DNA from: a virus
Virus record (IMG/VR): IMGVR_UViG_3300023184_003926
Location: 2,848-66,847 of that record
Direction: 5' to 3' (one strand)
DNA length: 64,000 nt
Within the stretch, counting starts at the first letter, position 1, and every line of letters starts with the position of its first letter. A program made the translations under genes and the position numbers. The notes below the pieces were generated by a model. That model saw only the letters and a program-made list of their open reading frames with translations, searched no databases and was not told the DNA's origin. This document shows positions 50,881-59,236 of this stretch, one piece after another.

Positions 50881-51330
50881 GGTTGGCGGGCCAGTTTGTA
50901 ATACCGCTGTGGAAAAACCGGGGAATAACCGGACACGTGACATATTGAGACACTCCCCTGGGTAAATCCCAGTATCCTGAAAAATTGGAAGTGAGTTTGA
51001 AGGCAGAACCCTACGCCTGACGTATTGATATAGTATGAATGTTAGCATACGAGAACACTGGCTATAAACATCTAAACACTAGGAACGAGGTTTAGAGCGC
51101 ACTAGCGTATCGTGGTAGGAAGGAAAAGCACAGAGTCCTTTAGCATACAGTGTATAAAAATTACCTACTTCCAATGTCCAGGCTGATTCAACTCACATGA
51201 AGACACAAGCGGAACCGAGCAAAACGGTTCCGTCTGACTAAAACAATCTACATGAATACTTAATCGCTTTGCTCTTGAAAACAATACGTTGATGAGCAAA
51301 GCGAAATCAACAGATGTACGCAGTACATCT
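50881..51330. ncRNA. Candidate structured non-coding RNA or cis-acting element (unclassified)
   Basis: The only large intergenic gap in the window. It has many short stems plus long-range complementarities such as ATTGGAAGT 50984/ACTTCCAAT 51167. Expression as RNA is not shown. Confidence 0.45.
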
Positions 51331-51672
51331 TTAATCGTCTAAGTTAGTATCTGGCCAATCACGAAACAATGCATGTTGTATATTGCCACTAACAAACTGA
51401 TTAAAACTTTTGTGTTTGACTTCTAGTTCACCCTTTTGAGGTGCCACACGTTTGAATGCTGAATCCATTTGGCCCATGTCACGGAACTCCATTATGATCA
51501 TCCATTCTGGCATGTCGGCTATGCTACGGAATCCCATCTTGCAACGTGTGATCCTATAGGTTTCCATTCTGCCCTCATTAACCAAATGGTCAAAGAAACT
51601 CTTCATTCCGTTAACCCAGTCAATATCTGATATATCGCCCTCTTTGTCTGCCCAAATTGTGTATAAATCCAT
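51331..51672 (-). CDS. DUF6614-like protein (possible dimeric alpha/beta-barrel fold)
   Basis: MDLYTIW...L..EG....YRITRCKMGF...MEFRDMGQMDSAF...H pattern; family call from memory. Confidence 0.55.
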   Translation of the reverse strand: MDLYTIWADKEGDISDIDWVNGMKSFFDHLVNEGRMETYRITRCKMGFRSIADMPEWMIIMEFRDMGQMDSAFKRVAPQKGELEVKHKSFNQFVSGNIQHALFRDWPDTNLDD

Positions 51673-51674
51673 GT

Positions 51675-52109
51675 TTACTCCAGTGGTCCTAGTATTTCAA
51701 ATCCGTCTATTTCACTCTTGTACAAGTGTGCTTGTTCAAGGTACAAGTACTTGAACCCTCGTGCTTTGTACATGGCACATTCTGCTTTCATTGTTTCTAT
51801 ACCCATGCGCAGTTTTGGATTGTGATAAGTCCAGGCAAACTGATCGCACAAGGCGTTGTGCTCGTCAAAGCGTCGGATCAGCGAGAATGCCACAAGTCGA
51901 GCTCGGTCATAGTATCCAATTACATCAGTCATGGGGTCAAGATATCGTGCATCAAATATGGGCATTACTGACGCAAAGTGTTTGTAAGTGCAGTAAGTTT
52001 TATAGATGGCATTCAACGCAGGGATGTCTGGCTTGGGCATGTACATGCATTCCACATTGATTTTATAATTGGTTTGACTTAGATCTATTCTTGCAAACTG
52101 GTAACTCAT
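51675..52109 (-). CDS. Aminoacyl-tRNA--protein transferase (ATE1/Bpt) C-terminal-like GNAT protein
   Basis: IYKTYCTYKH, YYDRARLVAF, RMG...E.......GFKYLYL...YK...FEIL follow the motif order of the ATE_C domain. Confidence 0.6.
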   Translation of the reverse strand: MSYQFARIDLSQTNYKINVECMYMPKPDIPALNAIYKTYCTYKHFASVMPIFDARYLDPMTDVIGYYDRARLVAFSLIRRFDEHNALCDQFAWTYHNPKLRMGIETMKAECAMYKARGFKYLYLEQAHLYKSEIDGFEILGPLE

Positions 52110-52612
52110 CTTGGATCCACTCTGTGTTTAAATAGACCAGTCAAATACTGTTCGGGCCAGGTATGATAAAAGCCTTTTGAGCCCATTTGCTGGGCAGCGG
52201 TGTTTAACTTGCTGAGACTCTGTACCAGCACCAATGCATACCGGCCTTGATTCATTATGACTCCATTGACATCTTCTACATCAGCAGGGTGGTCTTCTAG
52301 GGCCAGCATGTCACGGGACAGTAAAATTTCTGTGTTTGCACTTTCTATTGCACTGTGAAAACGCGAGTAAGGCCAGTCTTCTGGGTCGTATGCATACACA
52401 ATGACTTCATACCGGCCCATGCCCCAACGGGCTCGATTGCGTAGATCAAAGTAAGGGTCGGCACCGGTTAGTACTTGTATAGTTTTGTTGAGTCGTGCTT
52501 GCCGTGCAAACGGACAAGGTGGCCAGCCGCCCAGGGCAGGATGCGGGACTTCTACAAAGCGTTCACTCCATGCCAGTATATCAGCAGCAACAGTTTCTGT
52601 ATTTAGAACCAT
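52106..52612 (-). CDS. DUF1415-like protein
   Basis: W...FV......PPCPFARQA motif and a later DHP motif. Confidence 0.55.
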   Translation of the reverse strand: MVLNTETVAADILAWSERFVEVPHPALGGWPPCPFARQARLNKTIQVLTGADPYFDLRNRARWGMGRYEVIVYAYDPEDWPYSRFHSAIESANTEILLSRDMLALEDHPADVEDVNGVIMNQGRYALVLVQSLSKLNTAAQQMGSKGFYHTWPEQYLTGLFKHRVDPR

Positions 52613-52839
52613 GGTAAGTTGGTTTTCTTTGTGGTTTCAATATTATCTTTGGCCAAGGCATTGATCAATTCGCGCTCAACGTGACTCATGTTCATGACTT
52701 GATCATACGTGACACCGCCGCGCATGTACCATGTTAGGCGCAAACTCTGTTCTCGAATTTGATTAGCCTCCTTGTCTAACCGTTCAAGATACTTGCCTAT
52801 CTGTTCAGGGGTTGAAGTCAGGAGGCGTGTTCGAAAAAA
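52603..52839 (-). CDS. gp51-like chaperone segment, probably expressed by -1 frameshift from the upstream gene
   Basis: Open frame of 78 codons ending ...LRLTWYMRGGVTYDQVMNMSHVERELINALAKDNIETTKKTNLPWF*. It opens exactly at T TTT TTC, and its first ATG lies about halfway in. Confidence 0.65.
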   Translation of the reverse strand, partial: FFRTRLLTSTPEQIGKYLERLDKEANQIREQSLRLTWYMRGGVTYDQVMNMSHVERELINALAKDNIETTKKTNLPWF

Positions 52840-53660
52840 TTAGTCATGTCCAGATCCAGTGACTGGTCATATTCATGACTGCACGAGTTACATTTTAGAT
52901 GCACTGGTTGTAGGTCACTGTCTTTGCGTAGTTCAATGATTTGATCTCGTATGGCATTGAACATGAGTCGATCACAGTTGTTTAGAAATTCTGCAATCAT
53001 GTCATGATCATCCACAAATGTGTCAGGAGTTTTAATACCTGCAATGCTGGCCGCCAGGACTTCTATGGTGAGTTTTGTGATTTCACTCATGGCAGCATTT
53101 ATTCTGGCAAGTTTTTCTTCTTCACTCAAGTCTGATCTTGTGATGCTGTTCAACTGTTGTTGTTGTTCAAACTGCTTTTGACTGTGATGGTTTTGCAACT
53201 CGTAGCTGAGTGGGGCAAACACAATCTGCAAGTCGCCATGATCCAGCATTTTTTTATAGTCAGGAGTTTTGATTTTGTCCAGCACTGACCTCAGATCCAA
53301 CAAATATTCTTCAGACTCATTACAAGCAGGACACAAGGATTCAATTTCAAGTTCGTGTCCATGGCTGGCAATTCTAATGGCAATCAACACTGTGTTGATA
53401 TCAATGTTGGGCATGTGCCAGGCATTTTTGATTGCGGGTATACAGCTTTGTACCACATTGACCACAGACTGCCCATTGAACAAGGCATCTGGTGTGCGAT
53501 ATGTGATTTCATCTATTGCAGTCATGGGATACACTGGAATTTCATGATTCTGCGGCATGTCCAAGCTGCCAGCTGGCCAATTGGCGCCGTCACTGGGCAA
53601 TTTAATGTAGATAGCCGGTTGTCTAAAAAACTGGCGCAGCGGGTTGTTAGATTGGGTCAT
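52818..53660 (-). CDS. gp26: Baseplate hub assembly chaperone, T4 gp26-like
   Basis: IKLPS, PMTAIDE, DI..LIAIRIAS.G, two CxxC pairs (CPAC, CNSC) and a terminal NFF. Start reassigned to ATG 53660. Confidence 0.75.
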   Translation of the reverse strand: MTQSNNPLRQFFRQPAIYIKLPSDGANWPAGSLDMPQNHEIPVYPMTAIDEITYRTPDALFNGQSVVNVVQSCIPAIKNAWHMPNIDINTVLIAIRIASHGHELEIESLCPACNESEEYLLDLRSVLDKIKTPDYKKMLDHGDLQIVFAPLSYELQNHHSQKQFEQQQQLNSITRSDLSEEEKLARINAAMSEITKLTIEVLAASIAGIKTPDTFVDDHDMIAEFLNNCDRLMFNAIRDQIIELRKDSDLQPVHLKCNSCSHEYDQSLDLDMTNFFEHAS

Positions 53661-53665
53661 TTTGA

Positions 53666-53695
53666 TACCTATAAATATAGTTCTACTTATAGGTA
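53666..53695. promoter_or_regulatory. Palindromic pair of divergent late promoters
   Basis: TACCTATAAATA-N6-TACTTATAGGTA contains TATAAATA on plus and TATAAGTA on minus. Confidence 0.65.
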
Positions 53696-53702
53696 CTTTT
53701 GC

Positions 53703-56162
53703 ATGACCACACAAGAAGACGAATATGCCAGACTGCTGGCCCAGGCCAATTACGAGTTAGCTGCCTACGGCCAAACAACTGAAGACACTCAGGACGCACT
53801 GGCAGATCACTCAAGTGGGGTCAAAGGCCTGAGCAAAGCCACAAAAGCAGCCTACACCGGGGTCAAACAACTGGGCGATGCTGTGGGCAAAACAGCCTCG
53901 GCCATGTACGAAGGCAAACAGGGTGCTTCGGCCTACAATGGCGCATTGGACAGCATGAGCGATGCAGCCGGTTCGGCCAGCAAAGCCTTGTTCTTCTTTG
54001 GTGGCCCATTTGGCATGATAGCCGGAGCCATTGCGTTTTTGATTGGTGTTGCCATCAAAGCCACCAAAGTGGTAAACGAACAGCTGGACAACAACTACAG
54101 CGCATACAAGGAACTCAGCAAATCTGGTGCTGCTGCTGGTGATGGCATGGAGGGTGCGTTTGCAGGCATACAAAAACTGCGCATGGATGTCAAGGACTTT
54201 AAAAAGTACGGTGATCTGATTGCAAACAATGCCAAAGAACTTGCAATATTTGGCGGTACTGTTGCTGGAGGACGTAAGAAATTTGAAGATGCCACCCAGG
54301 CGCTAGAGCCATATCGCAAAACTCTTTTAAAATTGGGCGAAGGGACTGAGCGACAGGCTGAAGGGATGCTTGCTTTTATTGCGTCTGAAACACGCTACGG
54401 TCGTGCTCAAAACAAAAGAGACGTTGACATGGCTGCGTCATACGAGGCCTATGTAAAAGAACAAGACTTGTTGACCAAGATAACTGGTGTAGAACGATCA
54501 GAACGAGAATCTGCCCGGGCCGACGCATTAAAACAACAACAGTATGCATCCAAACTACAAAGTTTAGAAAACAGTGGTCAGAAAGATGTGGCAGACAGAT
54601 TCAAAGAAGTGAGCGAGATTTTAGCGTCAAATCCTGAATTGCGAAAAGCCTATCAGGCCAGTATAACTGGTAATTTTACTGACGCTGAATCAAGAAAATT
54701 ATTGAATTCCAGCAATGGCAAAATAATAGAATTGAATGCCAAACTGGCCAAAGGCACAATAACGGGAACAGAGTTTGTTAGTCAACTGAATTCTTCTATC
54801 AAAGACTTCAGTGATTCAACTGGTAACATGGCAGCGCAAACTGAACAAAACGACAAGTTTGCTCTCACTTACGAGTCTCAGCTCAAAGCAAGAAATGATG
54901 TTGTTATAAGTCTTGTTGACAGAGAGAAAGCAGCCAAAGACGAGCAAGAAGGGCAATTAAAAAAACTAGACAAGCCAACAGAGAACATGATTGATGCTGA
55001 AATAGCCAACACCAATGCCATGTTGAACGCACAAAAAGCAGTGCAGGCAGCAGCACCAGCAGCATCAAAAGCCATGCTGACCATGGCCCAAGCAACCGAA
55101 CAAGCATCAAGACGGGCGCTGGGGCTGGCCGAAGGCAAATGGTATGATTATTTTTTCAAACAGTCAGAAACGTCAGAAATGGGCAGTGAAGCAGACATGT
55201 ATGGCGGCAGTGGTCCGGCAGTTCCCTACACACCACCAGCAAAACCCGCAGAACAACCACCAGCAAAGCTACCAGCAAAACCCGCAGAACAACCACCAGC
55301 AAAACCTGCAGAAAAACCACCAGCAAAACCTGCAGAAAAACCACCAGCAACGCCCGCAGAACAACCACCAGCAACGCCCGCAGAACAACCACCTGCTGCG
55401 CCAGCGCCCAGCAAAGAACAAGTATCACAACGACAACTTGCAGAGCGCGGACTCAAAGTTAAAAAAGGAGATGTACAAGCCGAAAACGCATCATTGAGTA
55501 CAAAGATGTTGGAAGTGGCACAACAAGTGCAAAGCAGTGTGCCGGGGTTTGCATATTTTTCAGGATTCAACGACAAGTACCATCAAGAAAAATCTCCAGC
55601 CAGTCAACATACCAAAGGCCTGGCAGCAGATTTTACACTAACGTCTGCACCTGATGAAGCCACAGGTAAGAAAATATCTAGCGACATCAAGGGCATGGGT
55701 GCATCCATGGTAATTGATGAATACAACCATCCCAGTTCCAAGGCCACTGCAGGACACATACACTTTCAAGTGCCTGAGGCCAGAGCAGCTCTGGGTGGTG
55801 TGTTTCCAGCCAAGTCTGGTGGCACCCATGTGCTGTTGGCCGAAGGCGGGCAAGACGAAGCAGTGATTCCCATGAAGGACGGTGCTGTTCAAGTCAGCAT
55901 GAAAAATCAAGGACCACTGTCCAATATGGCACATCCAGATATTGATGCCATGCTAGACGAAAAGTTTTCTAGCACTGTGTCTGCAGATATTCGAGAAGAC
56001 TTACGTGCTGTGGTCATGGACATTGTGCGTCAACTGCAACCAGTCAGTACAACCAGTTCAGGAATGTCACAAGCAGTATTGGAGCAATTGGATCAACTGA
56101 TAGCATATCAGAAAGAAGCCAATGACATTGACAATCGCATGTTGGCTGTGGCCAGCAATTAA
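53703..56162 (+). CDS. Tape-measure-like protein with a C-terminal M15-type peptidase domain
   Basis: Ala/Lys-rich helical body, hydrophobic GGPFG segment, Pro-rich linker and SQHTKGLAADF...GHIH zinc motif. Start reassigned to ATG 53703. Confidence 0.7.
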   Translation: MTTQEDEYARLLAQANYELAAYGQTTEDTQDALADHSSGVKGLSKATKAAYTGVKQLGDAVGKTASAMYEGKQGASAYNGALDSMSDAAGSASKALFFFGGPFGMIAGAIAFLIGVAIKATKVVNEQLDNNYSAYKELSKSGAAAGDGMEGAFAGIQKLRMDVKDFKKYGDLIANNAKELAIFGGTVAGGRKKFEDATQALEPYRKTLLKLGEGTERQAEGMLAFIASETRYGRAQNKRDVDMAASYEAYVKEQDLLTKITGVERSERESARADALKQQQYASKLQSLENSGQKDVADRFKEVSEILASNPELRKAYQASITGNFTDAESRKLLNSSNGKIIELNAKLAKGTITGTEFVSQLNSSIKDFSDSTGNMAAQTEQNDKFALTYESQLKARNDVVISLVDREKAAKDEQEGQLKKLDKPTENMIDAEIANTNAMLNAQKAVQAAAPAASKAMLTMAQATEQASRRALGLAEGKWYDYFFKQSETSEMGSEADMYGGSGPAVPYTPPAKPAEQPPAKLPAKPAEQPPAKPAEKPPAKPAEKPPATPAEQPPATPAEQPPAAPAPSKEQVSQRQLAERGLKVKKGDVQAENASLSTKMLEVAQQVQSSVPGFAYFSGFNDKYHQEKSPASQHTKGLAADFTLTSAPDEATGKKISSDIKGMGASMVIDEYNHPSSKATAGHIHFQVPEARAALGGVFPAKSGGTHVLLAEGGQDEAVIPMKDGAVQVSMKNQGPLSNMAHPDIDAMLDEKFSSTVSADIREDLRAVVMDIVRQLQPVSTTSSGMSQAVLEQLDQLIAYQKEANDIDNRMLAVASN
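55233..55397 (+). repeat. 24-bp coding tandem repeat (PPAKPAEQ)
   Basis: About 6-7 imperfect copies of CCACCAGCAAAACC(C/T)GCAGAA(C/A)AA. Confidence 0.9.
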
Positions 56163-56175
56163 CCGGACTTGATGC

Positions 56176-59100
56176 ATGCAAGACGAACACGCACGATTAC
56201 AAAATCAAATAAACGAAGAGCTTGCTAAGTTTGGCCGGCTGCTGCCGGACAGTGAACACAAACTTCAGGACGTAAACACCGGCATCAACAACTCACAACT
56301 GGCAATTGAACAAGCCATTGCAGCCTTGGGTGGGCTCAAAGATGCAGTGGGCAAAACTATTGTTTCAGCATACAAAGGTGCTCAAGGTGCTGAAGCCTTT
56401 GCTGGGGCTGCTGATGGTGTAGCCACCGCTGCAGACTCAGCCGGCGACATGTTGATCACCATGGGTGGCCCACTGGGAATTGTGGCTGGTATAGCAATGA
56501 AGATCGTGGGCAAACTTATAAAACTGTCCAAGGTGGTAGCAGAGCAAGCAGAAGCTGAGTTCAAAGGCTATCAGAAAATGTCACAGATAGGTGCTGTCAC
56601 TGCCAAGGGACTAACTGGAGTTGCAGAAGGCGCACAAAAGATAGGTATTGGAGTTCAAGATCTCAATGCTTATTTTACTCAACTGCAAGCACACAGTAAA
56701 GATCTTGCCGGTCTAGGTGGCACAGTTGCACAAGGCAGAGAGAAATTTGAAGACATCACCAAGGCCATGGAGCCTTACAGATTGCAGTTGTTACTGATCG
56801 GATCAGATCAAGAAGCACAAAATGAAGCAACACTAGACTACGTTTCAGAACTGTTTCAAAACAATCGCATACGTGGCAAAACTGACCAGCAGATTGCCGA
56901 AGGTGCAAAAGAAAAAATAATTTACGAACAAAAGTTGACCATGATGACTGGTACAACTAGAAAAGAGCGAGAAGAAGCACGCCGCTCTGCACAGGCAGAA
57001 GGGAGATATGAAGCTAAACTCCGACAAATGGAACTTGCGGGTGATCAAGTTGGCGCTGATCGAGCAAGACGATTTAATGCTGCATTGGTATCAGTCAGTC
57101 CGGGTATAGCCGAAATGTATCGTCACAGTATCACTGGAAATCTTGACACTGAAAAGGCACAACAGTATAACAGAAATACCCTGGGCGAAGGCATTGCAAT
57201 CAATGAAAAAGTGGCCAATGGCACCATGAGCGTTGAAGATGCAGTTACTAAAATTACAGGAAAATTCAAACAAACAAACGATAACATAGGAGTACATTTG
57301 GGCATAATTGGCCGTGCTGAAGATTTGTTTGGAGCACAACAAACTCAAAACGAAGCTAGACTTCGTGCCGACCAAGACATAACAAAAGCATATAAAACAG
57401 CGTCAAATGAACTGATTGACATGGGGGCTGAAAACGGCAAAGCAAAAAGCAAGTTGTTACAAGACGCAGCCGAAACAAGATTGGCACAACAAAACACCAT
57501 GTTGAATTTGCAAAAGACTGCGCAAGCGGCTGTGCCAGCAGTGACGTCGGCCATGAATACCGTGGCACAAGGTTCTGAAAAAGCAACAGGAATAATCAAC
57601 AAAACTTTCTTAAAATCTGACACTGATAAAATCAAAGCTGACGCCAAGGAAAAATTTGATAACCTAGAAGCCAAGAAAAAAGCTGATGACACCGCAGCCC
57701 GAGCCGCTGCTGAAAAACAACAACAAGAAGAAGCCAAACGCCAACAAGATGCGGCTGCCGCTGCCAAGGCTGCACAAGAGAAGAAAAAAGCTGACGAAGC
57801 CGCAGCTCGAGTCGCATACGAAAAACAACAGCAAGAAGAGGCCAAACGCAGACAAGACGCAGAAAAAGCAGCGGCAGAAGCCAAACGCAAACAAGAAGAG
57901 ATCAAGCGGCAGCAAGAAGAAGCCAGACGCAAACAAGAAGAAGAAAAGAAAAAAGCGCCCCCAGCAAAACCTGCAAATCAACCTCCTTCGTCACCGACAG
58001 AAAAACCCCCAACAGCGCCAGCCAAGCCACCAGGTGGTGGCGCTGCACCTGCAGAACAACCTCCAGCAAAACCTGCAGAACAGCCACCAGCAAAGCCTGC
58101 AGAACAGCCACCAGCAAAGCCTGCAGAACAGCCACCAGCAAAGCCTGCAGAACAGCCAGTGCCAGGCGGCACTGGGACTCCTAGTCGCCAGGGTAGAATT
58201 AAAAAACCCAAAGATGCCACAGTTGATCCAAACAGTCTGGCAGCAAGATTACAGGAACATGGATTTTCTCGAGCAGCCATTGCTAACATACTAGCACAGG
58301 TTCAAGGAGAATCAGGGTTTAGACCCAGATCTGAAGAAATTGCAAAATATTCAGCCAAAACGATGTTTAGCTTTTGGGGGCCCCCAGGCGCAGAAGGCGG
58401 GCAGCCAACAGATGGAAAGAACACTGTTAAGTTCAAAACGTTGGCAGAAGCGCAAAAAGTTCATGATGGAGATCCAGTCGTTCTTGGGGACTTACTGTAC
58501 GGTGGTAGGTTTGGCAACGACAAACCAGGTGATGGTTTTAAATATCGTGGTCGCGGACTGATTGGCGTCACGTTCAAGGACAATTACAAATACTATGGAG
58601 ATTACCTTGCAAAAGTAGGTTATCCAAAACAAGATTTACTTGCCAACCCTGACCTGGTAAATGATCCAGAGATTAGCCAGCAATTAGTAGTTGCATTCTT
58701 TAAAGATAAAGATACTCAGTATGATCCCAAGAAAAAAGGTGGCGCCAAAAAATATGATCTTGAAGACTTGGCGTCTATTAGCAAGGCAGTGGGATTCGCT
58801 GGTGGCAAAAAAGAAGTTGAAAAAAGAGCACAGTTTGCCAAAGAATACTCAAACGACTTAGAGCATGCCGCTAGTGGTGGTGTGTTCCAAGCTCGCGGCG
58901 CCAGTCGTCGGGGCAGCAGTCGATCACCATTTGAAATCATGCTCAAGGGCGGTGCTGTACCTGTAAACATTGTTGGTGGCATGATGGGCGATATGCCCCG
59001 GCCAGACAGCGCACCAAGTTCAGTCAAGTTAGGAACAAAAGTCACTAGAAGCATTGCTGGAGAATTAAGAGCTGCGGCCCGAGAAGTTGTAATACAAATG

Positions 59101-59220
59101 CAATCAGAAATCAACACAGAAGTTGAAGAAGCCATTGTGTCTCGACTGGCACAACTGGCACGGGCCAAACAAACAGCCAATTCCATAAATCAACGTTTGT
59201 TGCGCTCAAGCATGAACTAA
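56176..59220 (+). CDS. Tape-measure-like protein with a C-terminal GH19-type (chitinase/lysozyme) domain
   Basis: Paralogue of the upstream gene; AQVQGESGF...YGGRFGN..PGDGFKYRGRGLIGVT.KDNY...LLANPDLV. Confidence 0.75.
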   Translation: MQDEHARLQNQINEELAKFGRLLPDSEHKLQDVNTGINNSQLAIEQAIAALGGLKDAVGKTIVSAYKGAQGAEAFAGAADGVATAADSAGDMLITMGGPLGIVAGIAMKIVGKLIKLSKVVAEQAEAEFKGYQKMSQIGAVTAKGLTGVAEGAQKIGIGVQDLNAYFTQLQAHSKDLAGLGGTVAQGREKFEDITKAMEPYRLQLLLIGSDQEAQNEATLDYVSELFQNNRIRGKTDQQIAEGAKEKIIYEQKLTMMTGTTRKEREEARRSAQAEGRYEAKLRQMELAGDQVGADRARRFNAALVSVSPGIAEMYRHSITGNLDTEKAQQYNRNTLGEGIAINEKVANGTMSVEDAVTKITGKFKQTNDNIGVHLGIIGRAEDLFGAQQTQNEARLRADQDITKAYKTASNELIDMGAENGKAKSKLLQDAAETRLAQQNTMLNLQKTAQAAVPAVTSAMNTVAQGSEKATGIINKTFLKSDTDKIKADAKEKFDNLEAKKKADDTAARAAAEKQQQEEAKRQQDAAAAAKAAQEKKKADEAAARVAYEKQQQEEAKRRQDAEKAAAEAKRKQEEIKRQQEEARRKQEEEKKKAPPAKPANQPPSSPTEKPPTAPAKPPGGGAAPAEQPPAKPAEQPPAKPAEQPPAKPAEQPPAKPAEQPVPGGTGTPSRQGRIKKPKDATVDPNSLAARLQEHGFSRAAIANILAQVQGESGFRPRSEEIAKYSAKTMFSFWGPPGAEGGQPTDGKNTVKFKTLAEAQKVHDGDPVVLGDLLYGGRFGNDKPGDGFKYRGRGLIGVTFKDNYKYYGDYLAKVGYPKQDLLANPDLVNDPEISQQLVVAFFKDKDTQYDPKKKGGAKKYDLEDLASISKAVGFAGGKKEVEKRAQFAKEYSNDLEHAASGGVFQARGASRRGSSRSPFEIMLKGGAVPVNIVGGMMGDMPRPDSAPSSVKLGTKVTRSIAGELRAAAREVVIQMQSEINTEVEEAIVSRLAQLARAKQTANSINQRLLRSSMN
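58048..58158 (+). repeat. 24-bp coding tandem repeat (PAEQPPAK)
   Basis: About 4.5 copies, three of them exact CCAGCAAAGCCTGCAGAACAGCCA. Confidence 0.9.
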
Positions 59221-59221
59221 C

Positions 59222-59229
59222 GGTAAATA
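59222..59229 (+). promoter_or_regulatory. Late promoter-like box GGTAAATA
   Basis: TAAATA core 7 nt before the portal ATG. Confidence 0.55.
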
Positions 59230-59236
59230 ACACACT

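Noticed and set aside
50866-51048. 60-aa minus-strand ORF inside the structured gap
   Set aside because: It has no motif or ribosome-binding site, and the region is better explained by base-paired structure.
50186-51330. Group I intron with a GIY-YIG homing endonuclease
   Set aside because: No interrupted host gene flanks it, and I could not identify the P7 core by eye. It is kept only as an unclassified structured element.
53355-53702. N-terminal extension of the 935-aa ORF, and of the 298-aa ORF up to 53714
   Set aside because: The extensions overlap the opposite-strand gene. ATGs at 53703 and 53660 have promoter boxes and ribosome-binding sites, and 53703 matches the start of its paralogue.
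55233-58158. 24-bp repeats as a CRISPR array
   Set aside because: They are contiguous in-frame coding repeats with no unique spacers and no cas genes nearby.
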